In this document: positions 54,369 through 64,000 of the stretch, in pieces
Layout of the letters: each line of letters opens with the position of its first letter
How positions within the stretch are numbered: the stretch's first letter is position 1
Assembly (NCBI GenBank): GCA_963774265.1
Contig: CAVZDU010000008.1
Location: 64,001-128,000 of the forward strand
Length of the DNA: 64,000 bases
Direction: 5' to 3'
Source of the DNA: an uncultured Chloroflexia bacterium
GTDB taxonomy: Bacteria; Chloroflexota; Anaerolineae; CG2-30-64-16
Notes under the pieces: generated by a model
What the model saw: the letters and a program-made list of their open reading frames with translations, nothing else
Told to the model about the DNA's origin: nothing
The model's database searches: none
Position numbers and translations under genes: made by a program

Positions 54369-55403
54369 CGGAGCAAGCTACCACTTCCGCTAGCGGCGAA
54401 CCTACGGACGATGGCGCGCAGGCCCAGGCCTCTAGCCAGGGGCCATCGGCTCAGCGCCAGGTTAAAATCGGCGAGAGTTTCCAAACCAAGCGGCTTGACA
54501 CGCCTCTGGATAAGCTCACGCGTTCCTCCGCGGGCAAACGCAGCTCAACTCTGACCGACCGCAAGCGCGGCCGGTATATTCGCGCCCGTCCCATGCACGG
54601 CCGGCCAGACGATCTGGCATTTGACGCCACCATTCGCACCGCCGCGCCATTTCAACGCAGCCGGCTGGAAGAGCGCGCCACGCGCAAGCTCGCCTTTGTC
54701 GTCAAGCGGCAAGATCTGCAGAAGAAGGTGCGCGTCCGTTCGCGCGGCGAATCTTGTTCTATTCGTGGTTGACGCCTCGTGGAGCATGGCTGCAGCGGAA
54801 CGCATCGAGGCCACCAAGGGCGCAGTACTTTCTCTCTTACATGACGCATATCAGCGCCGCGACCAGGTAGGGCTCATCGTCTTCCAACGGGAAGAGGCGC
54901 GTATAGTCCTGCCACCCACGTCGAGTGTTGAGCTGGCGCAGCAGGCGCTCCGCAACATACCTGTGGGCGGGAAGACGCCGCTGTCAGCGGGGCTGCTGGC
55001 CGCCTTTCGTGTCTGCACAGCCGCCACGCGCCGCAACCCGGAGATCAAGCCGCTGATCATCATACTGACCGATGGTGCAGGCAATGTCTCGGTGACCGGG
55101 ATGCCGCCGCAGGAAGAATCCCGACGCATGGCCGAGATGATCCATGATTCGCACTTCCGCACAGTCATCATCAACATGGAGCACCCTGCTTTCGACCGCG
55201 GCCTTGCTCAAGAACTGGCAAACTATGTCGGTGGTCCTTGCTATACGCTTCCCGAGCTCAAGGCTGAGGCGCTGCTGCAGACGGTGCGCCAGGAATTGAG
55301 CGTGAAACCAGGTGAGCGCGACGAAGCCCAGCCCAGACTGGTTGAGCCGGGCAAGGATCTGCCGGATGTCCCCGGCTCAGCTGCGGGTGGCACACGCTTC
55401 TAA
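54347..55403 (+). CDS. ChlD/BchD-like C-terminal extension (linker + vWA) reached by -1 frameshift; extra indel near 54739
   Basis: The -1 frame after A7G reads ..GRYIRARP..DLAFDATIRTAAP.., then LFVVDASWSM (MIDAS), GGKTPL, LTDG. Confidence 0.8.
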
Positions 55404-56522
55404 GTAGGTAACAGAAAATTCGGGGCACTTCTTCGTTGCCTGATATACTGGGGTTACGGAGGGTGCCATGATCTATGTACGAACACCAACGGATGCTGAA
55501 CTGCAAGAGCTCAAGCGAATGACCCGCCATGAGATCGGGCGGGTTAGCCAACGAGCGCAGATGGTTCTGCTCTCAGCGCAGCAGCGCACGGTGCCTGAGA
55601 TCGCCGTCATCTTTGGCGTCAAGTACAAGACCGTGCGCAAATGGCTCCGCCGCTTCAATGCGGCCGGGCCGGCCGGACTGTATGATGAGCCGCGCAGTGG
55701 GCGGCCGCGGACGCTGACCGACCGTGTCCGTGACACTTTGGTCGACATGAGCGAGCAGGATCCCGAGCAGTCGGACTATCCCGCGACCTTGTGGACGGTT
55801 GCGATGCTGGCCTTAGCCTTGGCCGAGAAGATCGGCGTGTATCTGAGCCATAGCACCCTGCGTCAGACGCTGCATGCGGCCGGCCTGGCCTGGAGCCGCC
55901 CACGACTCGCCATGCCCCGCAAGACTGATCCGCAGAAGGCGGCCAAGCAGTGGGCAATAGTGCAGGCCGTGATTGGGGCTGGCCCAGCTGCAGTCGTGCT
56001 GTACGCCGACGAATCGCGCATCCAGATGCTACCGTTGATTCGAGCAATGTGGCATCGGCTGGGCCAGCAGATCCGTGTCCCGACGCCCGGCAGCAATCAG
56101 ACGCGCAGCCTATTTGGAGCGCTCAACATTCGCACGGGCCAGTGGACGTGGTTGATCCGCGAGCATATGCACAAAGAAGACTTCATCACTTTCCTGGAAC
56201 ACCTGTTGACGGTGTATGCCAGCGGTCCGATCATTCTGATCGTCGATAACTACTCCAGCCATACGGCTAAGGCCATCGATGCCTGGCTGACTGAGCACCC
56301 GCGACTCCAGTTGCACTACCTGCCGAAGTACTGCTCGCATCTGAATCCGGTTGAGAACATCTGGCTGCGTCTCAAAGGCCAGACCGCCGCTGACCGCTTG
56401 TACGGTTCGCTGCATGGTCTGCTGGACGCCGTCACACGCTTCTTCGACCATATGACGCCAGCGATGGCGTTGACCTGGGCCAGTCTCGACTGAAAAGTGA
56501 CCCGTACTTTTTGTGACATACT
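55403..56522 (+). mobile_element. IS630-family insertion sequence with imperfect TIRs and TA target duplication
   Basis: Left end agtaggtaacagaaaattcggggcactt versus reverse complement of right end agtatgtcacaaaaagtacgggtcactt; TA at 55401-55402 and 56523-56524. Confidence 0.9.
55468..56493 (+). CDS. IS630 family transposase (intact)
   Basis: HTH, PRSGRP, YADES, IVDNYSSH, LPKYCSHLNPVENIW (DDE). Confidence 0.96.
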   Translation: MIYVRTPTDAELQELKRMTRHEIGRVSQRAQMVLLSAQQRTVPEIAVIFGVKYKTVRKWLRRFNAAGPAGLYDEPRSGRPRTLTDRVRDTLVDMSEQDPEQSDYPATLWTVAMLALALAEKIGVYLSHSTLRQTLHAAGLAWSRPRLAMPRKTDPQKAAKQWAIVQAVIGAGPAAVVLYADESRIQMLPLIRAMWHRLGQQIRVPTPGSNQTRSLFGALNIRTGQWTWLIREHMHKEDFITFLEHLLTVYASGPIILIVDNYSSHTAKAIDAWLTEHPRLQLHYLPKYCSHLNPVENIWLRLKGQTAADRLYGSLHGLLDAVTRFFDHMTPAMALTWASLD

Positions 56523-56525
56523 TAG

Positions 56526-57551
56526 ATGCTCGCTGTGGAACAAGGATCAGACACGCTGCTTGGCAATGATGCTGGGGTTGCGAAAGCGACCCCAGCATCG
56601 CGTTTGGGAGGCGGCCTGCGCGCCCAGCGCCAGCTCGCTGCAGATGCGGCGCTGCTTCTCGTCACACTGATCTGGGGCGCGACCTTCGTCATGGTCAAGG
56701 ACGCGGTCAACGCGTTTCCTGTTTTCAGCTTCCTGGCCGTGCGGTTCACACTGGCTGCAGCAGTGTTGTTCCCTCTGACGGCCTGGCGCCGCCGTCAATT
56801 GGCGGCCGCCAACCCGGCGGGACCCTTTGCCGGCCGCGCCTTAACGTGGCCAAGACTCAAGCGGCTGGCTCTGCCGTCTCTGTTGATCGGTGCCGCATTG
56901 TTCGCCGGTTACGCCTTTCAGACCACGGGTCTTGCGCTGACCACGCCAGCTAAGACGGGGTTCATCACGGGGCTCTCCGTAGTAATCGTGCCGCTGGCCG
57001 CTGCCCTGCTCATGCGCCATTCGCCCGGCCGCAACGCCTGGCGGGGTGTCGCGCTGGCAACGGCCGGCTTGGCCCTGCTTTCGTTGTCGGCCGACCTGCG
57101 CATCGAGCCCGGCGATCTGCTGGTGCTGGGGTGCGCGTTCTCCTTCGCTACGCACATTCTGCTGACCGGCCACTTCGCGCCGCGACACGATCCACTACTG
57201 CTGACCCTGGGCCAGGTGCTGACCGTTGCGCTGCTGAGCGCGGCGGCTGCCTTGCTCTTCGATGTGCCTGCGTCTGATCTGCCCGCGCTGGCAGCCCGGC
57301 TCGATGCCACTGTCCTCAGCGCCGCTGCGTTCACCGGCCTCCTGGCTACTGCCGCCGCGTTCGGCATTCAAACCGTCGCCCAGCGCTTCACGACCCCCAC
57401 GCATACCGCGCTGATCTTCGCGGCCGAGCCGGTTTTTGCCGGGCTCTTCAGCTTCCTGCTGATAGGCGAGCTGCTGGGACCACGGCAGCTGATCGGATGC
57501 GGGCTGATACTGGCGGGGATGGTGGTAGCGGAGACGAGGCGTGAAACGTGA
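56526..57551 (+). CDS. DMT/EamA family transporter
   Basis: LIWGATF, RF, FITGLSVV, EPVFA; about 10 TM helices. Confidence 0.92.
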   Translation: MLAVEQGSDTLLGNDAGVAKATPASRLGGGLRAQRQLAADAALLLVTLIWGATFVMVKDAVNAFPVFSFLAVRFTLAAAVLFPLTAWRRRQLAAANPAGPFAGRALTWPRLKRLALPSLLIGAALFAGYAFQTTGLALTTPAKTGFITGLSVVIVPLAAALLMRHSPGRNAWRGVALATAGLALLSLSADLRIEPGDLLVLGCAFSFATHILLTGHFAPRHDPLLLTLGQVLTVALLSAAAALLFDVPASDLPALAARLDATVLSAAAFTGLLATAAAFGIQTVAQRFTTPTHTALIFAAEPVFAGLFSFLLIGELLGPRQLIGCGLILAGMVVAETRRET

Positions 57552-57577
57552 TGCACTGAACTGAGAGCATTGCCGTC

Positions 57578-58300
57578 TCAATCAAAAACCTTAAGCGCCT
57601 CTTCCCGCACATATCGAATTGCCCGGCCCTGCCTGCCCACCTCTAAAAGCACACCCACGCACCGCAAACAATAGGCCATCTGTTGGGCAAGCCGGCGCGG
57701 CCGGCCGATAGCCTCGGCCAACTCAGCGGTAGTGAAAGGCGCATTCATGCTCTCAGGGATGAGAACAGCCAGGTCCATCGGGGTCGAAAACAGGCGGCTA
57801 TTTACCACCTGCAGCAGACGGCGTTCGGTGGTGCTCCAGCCTCGCCGCCGCCAATTAATGCGGGGATCGTAATGGCGAACCTCTTCCTCCCGGATCAACA
57901 GCACCTCCAGGGAGAAGTTAGGCTGCACGATCAGGTGTGGAATACTGACCAACTCCCGGAACAAATCAAGCTCGGACCCGCGCTTGGGGGATTTTCGGCG
58001 GCCCAAAAGCGTAACACCATCACCGGCGAGCCGGAGAATCCACTTCTCGTACGCGACGGGATAAACCAGGCGCACGGGATGGTCAGGAACCAGTCTTTCG
58101 AGCTTGCGCTTGAGGGCCGAGAAGCTGCGCGTCTGAATCTCGATCAGTAAGTCATCGCGCACGAGGTCGATGAGCGAGCCGTCAACCGGCACCTCGGTGC
58201 GATCGCCCGGCCGCGCATACCATACCTTCAGCGCAGCATGCAGCGGCTTCTCGTTGAGCAGCCCCACGCCGTCCTGCCTAGAAAGCATATTGTCTGCCAT
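57578..58300 (-). CDS. Hypothetical protein with a putative PD-(D/E)xK-like N-terminus and wHTH-like C-terminus
   Basis: EKPLHAALK..EV..IDL..IEIQT; FTTAELA..AQQMAYCL. Confidence 0.55.
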   Translation of the reverse strand: MADNMLSRQDGVGLLNEKPLHAALKVWYARPGDRTEVPVDGSLIDLVRDDLLIEIQTRSFSALKRKLERLVPDHPVRLVYPVAYEKWILRLAGDGVTLLGRRKSPKRGSELDLFRELVSIPHLIVQPNFSLEVLLIREEEVRHYDPRINWRRRGWSTTERRLLQVVNSRLFSTPMDLAVLIPESMNAPFTTAELAEAIGRPRRLAQQMAYCLRCVGVLLEVGRQGRAIRYVREEALKVFD

Positions 58301-58308
58301 GATGGGCC

Positions 58309-58770
58309 TCAGCGTGCCGGCGGAAGCATATCGGCAGTATCAATCCAGAGAGTGACCGGCCCATCGTTGACCAGCGCGACCTGCATCATCGCACGGAACC
58401 GGCCAGTCTGGACAGGCAGCCCTTCCAGCCGCAGCTGCTCTACGAAATAGTCCACCAGCGGCTCGGCTTGCTCGGGCCGTGCTGCCTGCAGGAAGTCGGG
58501 CCGTCGCCCCTTGCGCGCATCGCCGTACAGCGTAAACTGCGACACCACCAGCACCTCGCCCGACACATCCCCCAGCGCCAGGTTCATCTTACCTGTCGCA
58601 TCGTCGAACACGCGCAGGCCGGCGACTTTGTGCGCCAGCCACGCGGCCTCAACACGGTCATCACCATGGGTCACACCCAACAACACAACGAACCCGCGAC
58701 GGATACGGCCGACGACCTCATCGTCAACCGTGACCGCTGCGTGGCTGACCCTTTGTATGAGTGCTCGCAT
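58309..58770 (-). CDS. dtd: D-aminoacyl-tRNA deacylase
   Basis: [25 protein letters not shown]. Confidence 0.97.
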   Translation of the reverse strand: MRALIQRVSHAAVTVDDEVVGRIRRGFVVLLGVTHGDDRVEAAWLAHKVAGLRVFDDATGKMNLALGDVSGEVLVVSQFTLYGDARKGRRPDFLQAARPEQAEPLVDYFVEQLRLEGLPVQTGRFRAMMQVALVNDGPVTLWIDTADMLPPAR

Positions 58771-58875
58771 AAGAAGACGCTATTGGGTGCCCGGAGGCGC
58801 ATGGGTGTAGAAGAGTCTTCCGTGCTCCACGTCTCCGTGCGCCTCCGAGACCCCGCGGCCCAGACTCACGTGTCT

Positions 58876-59832
58876 CTACAACCCCACCGCCCACGCGGTT
58901 TCACCCAACACCCGCGCCGAGTTTTGGAGTGCAGTTAGCTCGTCCTTGCTCAGCGGCGGCTCCAGCACGATCTCGACACCGTGGTGATCCACGATCGAGG
59001 GCAGGCTCAAGCAGACATCGACGATCCCGTACTGTCCGGTCAACTTTGTAGACACGGTCAGGATCGTGTTCTGATCGCGCAACATCGCCTCTATGATGTG
59101 GCGGATGGCAAGGCCGATGGCATAGTAGGTCGCGCCCTTGCGCTCGATGATCTCATACGCTGCATGACAGACCTCATCCGCGATCCTCTCCTGGATGTAT
59201 GCATCAAAGGGGCGTCCGCGCTGGGCGCAGAAGTCTGCAATGGGCATGCTGCCCACCGTGGCCCGGCTCCAGACCACCAACTCGCTGTCCCCGTGTTCAC
59301 CGATCACGTAGCCATGGACGCTGCGCGGATCGACCTTGAGCTTTTGGCCGATAAGGGAACGCAGCCGGCCTGTGTCGAGCACCGTGCCCGACCCAACGAC
59401 GCGGCCCGTCGGGAACCCTGAGAATTTCAACGCTGCGAGGGTCAGGACATCCACCGGATTCGCCACAACCAGCAGGATGGCGTTGGGTGCGGCCTCGGCA
59501 ATTTGCGGGATCATGCCTCGGAAGATCTCCGTATTTTTCTTGACCAGGTCGAGCCGGGTTTCGCCCGGTTTCTGCGCCGCGCCAGCGGTGATAACAACGA
59601 TATAGCAGCCGGCGCAGTCGGCATAGCTGCCGTGCCGCACGATCACTGGCCGCACAAATGGCGCACCCTGCGCCAGATCCATGGCTTCGCCCTCAGCCCT
59701 CCGCTGGTTTACATCAATCAGAACGATCTCGCTGGCCAGGCCGCTGATCATCAGCGCATAAGCAGCGCTCGCGCCCACCGCCCCTGCGCCACCCACAATG
59801 GCAATCTTCGTCGGGGTTCGTTCGCCTTCCAT
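58876..59832 (-). CDS. ldh: L-lactate dehydrogenase
   Basis: TAGAAQKPGETRL (Gln specificity residue), NPVD, GTVLDTGR, GEHGDSE, KGATYY. Confidence 0.94.
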   Translation of the reverse strand: MEGERTPTKIAIVGGAGAVGASAAYALMISGLASEIVLIDVNQRRAEGEAMDLAQGAPFVRPVIVRHGSYADCAGCYIVVITAGAAQKPGETRLDLVKKNTEIFRGMIPQIAEAAPNAILLVVANPVDVLTLAALKFSGFPTGRVVGSGTVLDTGRLRSLIGQKLKVDPRSVHGYVIGEHGDSELVVWSRATVGSMPIADFCAQRGRPFDAYIQERIADEVCHAAYEIIERKGATYYAIGLAIRHIIEAMLRDQNTILTVSTKLTGQYGIVDVCLSLPSIVDHHGVEIVLEPPLSKDELTALQNSARVLGETAWAVGL

Positions 59833-59868
59833 TAGTTGTCTCCTCTCAGCCTTATGCCTTGGGTGTCA

Positions 59869-60540
59869 TCACGCTGATTCAGGTCCCTCAATCCACATCA
59901 TGCCATCCGGCCCCACTTCTTTTTTCCAGATAGGCGAAATCTGCTTGATCCGGTCGATGATGTAGTGGCAGGCGTCGAAGATGTTCGCACGATGAGCCGC
60001 TGCGACCGCGATGACGATCGACACGTCGCCCACCTCCAAGCGGCCCACCCGATGCACCACCGCAATCGCACTGATATCGGGCCAACGCGCCTGCGCTTCG
60101 CCGGCGATGGCGGTGAATGAAGCTTCGGCCATCTCAGGATAGGCCTCGTACTCCAGGTAGTCGGTCTGCAGTTCTCCTGTAACGCCACGCACCGTGCCCG
60201 CAAAGACGGTCACTCCGCCGCGCTCAGAAGCCAGCACGCGACGCGCCACATCATCCAGGGAGATCGGGCCATCGACGATCTCAAACAGTTTCGCCGCGCC
60301 GCCGCTCACCGGTGGGATTAACGCGACTTCATCCCCGTCGACGAGCACCCGGTCGTGCTTCGCAAAGGAGCGATTGACCGCCACGGTGAAGCGCTGTTGC
60401 ATCAGTGAGACACTGGGATAGTCCGCGGCCAACCGCGCCAGCATCTCCGCGACATTCGTCCCATCAGGCAACTCAAGCGCTATCTCGCTTGCAGCAAATC
60501 GCTCTCGCAGACCCGCAAATAAGCGCACCCGCATCCTCAT
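59869..60540 (-). CDS. MoaD-MoaE fusion (molybdopterin synthase, MoaX-like)
   Basis: VRLFA..AVN..DGDEVALIPPVSGG, then F.GTVR, YEAY, HRVG, PIWKKE. Confidence 0.92.
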   Translation of the reverse strand: MRMRVRLFAGLRERFAASEIALELPDGTNVAEMLARLAADYPSVSLMQQRFTVAVNRSFAKHDRVLVDGDEVALIPPVSGGAAKLFEIVDGPISLDDVARRVLASERGGVTVFAGTVRGVTGELQTDYLEYEAYPEMAEASFTAIAGEAQARWPDISAIAVVHRVGRLEVGDVSIVIAVAAAHRANIFDACHYIIDRIKQISPIWKKEVGPDGMMWIEGPESA

Positions 60541-60603
60541 TACTGCTTACTCCCACGCGCGCTGCGCATTCCCGATCTTCAGCATGGCATCATCTATCTT
60601 CAC

Positions 60604-61077
60604 TCAGCCGTCCAATGGCCGCTCTTGCCCCCGAGCTTTTCCAGCAGACGGGATCTCCTCGATCACCATGCCGCGTTCGACGGCTTTCGCCATGTCATAG
60701 ATGGTCAATGCGGCCACGCTGACAGCGGTCAACGCCTCCATCTCGACACCTGTCTGACCCTTGCACTTGACGGTCGCCACGATCTCCACGGATGAGATCG
60801 CTTCGTCGAAGGTGAAATCTACGGCCACATTCGTGAGAAGCAACGGATGGCACAGGGGGATCAGCTCGCTCGTGCGCTTGGCCGCCATGATCCCCGCCAC
60901 GCGCGCCGTTCCAAGAACATCACCCTTCGGCAGATTGCCCGCACGCAATTGCTGCAGCGTCTCGGGTCGCATGCGCACGCGGCCGGCCGCCACTGCCTCG
61001 CGCGCGGTCTCCGCCTTCGCGCCCACATCCACCATACGCGCCTGGCCGTGCTCATCCAGGTGGGTTAACTTGCTCAT
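60604..61077 (-). CDS. moaC: Cyclic pyranopterin monophosphate synthase (indel near the C-terminus)
   Basis: [36 protein letters not shown]. Confidence 0.96.
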   Translation of the reverse strand: MSKLTHLDEHGQARMVDVGAKAETAREAVAAGRVRMRPETLQQLRAGNLPKGDVLGTARVAGIMAAKRTSELIPLCHPLLLTNVAVDFTFDEAISSVEIVATVKCKGQTGVEMEALTAVSVAALTIYDMAKAVERGMVIEEIPSAGKARGQERPLDG

Positions 61078-61172
61078 AGGTAAGATTGTAACCGAGGAGC
61101 CCTCACCGCGCAACGCACACCGGTTACTCACCTCAGTCAGTCGCGGCTATACTATGAGCAGGGAGGTCAACC

Positions 61173-61982
61173 ATGCCCGAGTATCCAGAAATCGCCGCGC
61201 GGACACGTGAGATGAACGAATTGCTGCGCGGAAAGACGATCGCCGCCGTGGAAGTCTTGCAGCCAAAGTGCCTGAACATTTCCGAGAAGCAATTCAAGGA
61301 ATCCATGACTGGCGCAATGCTGCGTGGCACCACGCAACGCGGCAAATGGCTGGCGACCGATACGTCCCAAGGTTGGTTGTTGCTCAACATGGGCATGGGA
61401 GGCGAGCTGCTTCTGGTCGACCGCATCCACTTGCCCGAAAAACACCGCTTGATCTTCGACTTCACCGACGGAACCTGCCTCACCGTGAATTTCTGGTGGT
61501 TCGGCTATGCCCACTATCTGCCGCCAGGACCGCTAGAGGCGCACGAGCAGCTCGCAAAACTCGGGCCGAATGTGCTCGACGTGGACCTGGTCCAGTTCCG
61601 GAAGCTCGTCGAGGGGCAGAGGGCCGGGGTCAAGGCCTTCCTCCTGGACCAGACGCGGTTGGCCGGCATCGGCAACGCATACATCCACGACATCCTCTGG
61701 TTGGCCCGAATCCACCCGCTCCGCAAGCTCAACACGCTCTCAGACGAGGAAATCGGCAGGTTATGGCAGGGGATCCAGGACGGCCTGCACCCCAGCCTGG
61801 AGAAGGGCGGCGCGTTCTATGAGGTGAGCCTGCGCGGCGAAAAGGGCGGCTTTCTGTTGGATGACATCCTCACCGGCTACCGCGAGGGTGAGCCATGTCG
61901 CCGCTGTGGCGCGGCCATTGTCAAGATAAAAACCGGCGGCACAACCAGCTTCATCTGTCCCGCGTGCCAGCGGGCTGTCTGA
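61173..61982 (+). CDS. Fpg/Nei family DNA glycosylase
   Basis: MPEYPE, RGKW, LGP, LLDQ..AGIGN, C-terminal zinc finger. Confidence 0.93.
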   Translation: MPEYPEIAARTREMNELLRGKTIAAVEVLQPKCLNISEKQFKESMTGAMLRGTTQRGKWLATDTSQGWLLLNMGMGGELLLVDRIHLPEKHRLIFDFTDGTCLTVNFWWFGYAHYLPPGPLEAHEQLAKLGPNVLDVDLVQFRKLVEGQRAGVKAFLLDQTRLAGIGNAYIHDILWLARIHPLRKLNTLSDEEIGRLWQGIQDGLHPSLEKGGAFYEVSLRGEKGGFLLDDILTGYREGEPCRRCGAAIVKIKTGGTTSFICPACQRAV

Positions 61983-62009
61983 TCGGGGTGAGGCGGGATG
62001 TTAAAGTAA

Positions 62010-62043
62010 AGACCAGGTTTCCCCCAAGGGAAAAACCTGGTCT
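62010..62043. terminator. Palindrome / probable terminator between convergent Fpg and clpX
   Basis: agaccaggttt...aaacctggtct. Confidence 0.7.
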
Positions 62044-62064
62044 ATCATCACTACTTCTACGGGC

Positions 62065-63363
<1,299 letters not shown>

Positions 63364-63990
63364 TTACTTTTTGACCCCTTTAAGCTCCTGCGAGTGCAGG
63401 ACTTCATCAATCAGACCATAAGCCTTGGCCTGCTCTGCGGTCATATAACGATCGCGCTCGGTGTCCTCTGAGATCCGTTCGACCGGCTGACCAGTATGTC
63501 GCGCCAGGATACCGTTGAGTTCTTCCTTCAGACGCAGAATTTCGCGCGCCTGGATTTCGATCTCAGTGGCCTGGCCCTGTGCACCTCCCAGTGGTTGGTG
63601 CATGTGGATCGTAGCGTGAGGCAGCGCATAACGCTTGCCTTTGGTTCCCGCTGCCAAGAGCACCGTGCCAAAGCTTGCAGTGACGCCCACTGCAATCGTA
63701 CTGATCGATGCTCGGATCAGCTGCATTGTATCATAGATGGCCATGCCCGAGTAGACCTGGCCGCCAGGGGAATTGATGTAGAGCTGGATATCCTTCTCAG
63801 GGTCTTCCCGGTCGAGGAAGAGCAACTGAGCGACGATCACGTTGGCCACCTGATCGTTAATACCAGTACCCAGGAAGATAATGCGCTCCTTGAGCAGCAA
63901 AGAGTAGATGTCGTACGCGCGCTCACCACGGCCGCTGGTCTCGATGACCATCGGTATCAACGACTGGGGAGATGCCGGGTTGAATGTCAT
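63364..63990 (-). CDS. clpP: ATP-dependent Clp protease proteolytic subunit
   Basis: [18 protein letters not shown], catalytic Ser in TASFG, HQP, ERD. Confidence 0.97.
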   Translation of the reverse strand: MTFNPASPQSLIPMVIETSGRGERAYDIYSLLLKERIIFLGTGINDQVANVIVAQLLFLDREDPEKDIQLYINSPGGQVYSGMAIYDTMQLIRASISTIAVGVTASFGTVLLAAGTKGKRYALPHATIHMHQPLGGAQGQATEIEIQAREILRLKEELNGILARHTGQPVERISEDTERDRYMTAEQAKAYGLIDEVLHSQELKGVKK

Positions 63991-64000
63991 AAGTCACTCC

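Noticed and set aside
54735-54745. Second programmed frameshift in the chlD-like region
   Set aside because: No slippery sequence; a single extra base within VRVR-RAANL fits the contig's error pattern
53253-55403. Evidence of phototrophy from chlI/chlD-like genes
   Set aside because: No bchH or other bch/puf genes are present; such AAA+/vWA chelatase homologues are common in non-phototrophs

Overview
GC-rich bacterial chromosomal segment. The lineage is most likely Chloroflexota (Anaerolineae-like); this is inferred from the Pro/Thr-rich SH3 lipoproteins, the large GT-C protein with Ig-like repeats and the style of the REP-like palindromes. Many genes are split by single-base indels, mainly at 0.8-2.7 kb, 6.7-13.6 kb, 23.6-24.9 kb and 48-53 kb, which most plausibly are long-read consensus errors. 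From left to right the window holds: (1) a rare-sugar uptake/catabolism cluster with an internally duplicated binding protein and two URO-D-fold proteins; (2) an ilvB-ilvN-ilvC-leuA-leuC-leuD-cimA-leuB-ilvD operon preceded by an unannotated Leu/Val/Ile leader-peptide attenuator; (3) aspC; (4) a sulfur module (Xis-HTH/PocR regulator, SQR, DUF1641, TusE/DsrC, DsrE2) with direct-repeat operator candidates; (5) three SH3 lipoproteins plus a GT-C glycosyltransferase; (6) rlmN; (7) a CUT1 sugar ABC locus with two dehydrogenases; (8) a Cys-less thiolase/DUF35/CoA-transferase/acyl-CoA dehydrogenase locus; (9) a chelatase I/D gene with a probable programmed -1 frameshift; (10) an IS630 element inserted in that gene's stop codon; (11) housekeeping genes (EamA, dtd, ldh, moaD-moaE fusion, moaC, Fpg/Nei, clpX, clpP). 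No rRNA, tRNA or CRISPR array was seen. All family calls come from motif recognition by eye; no database search was run.
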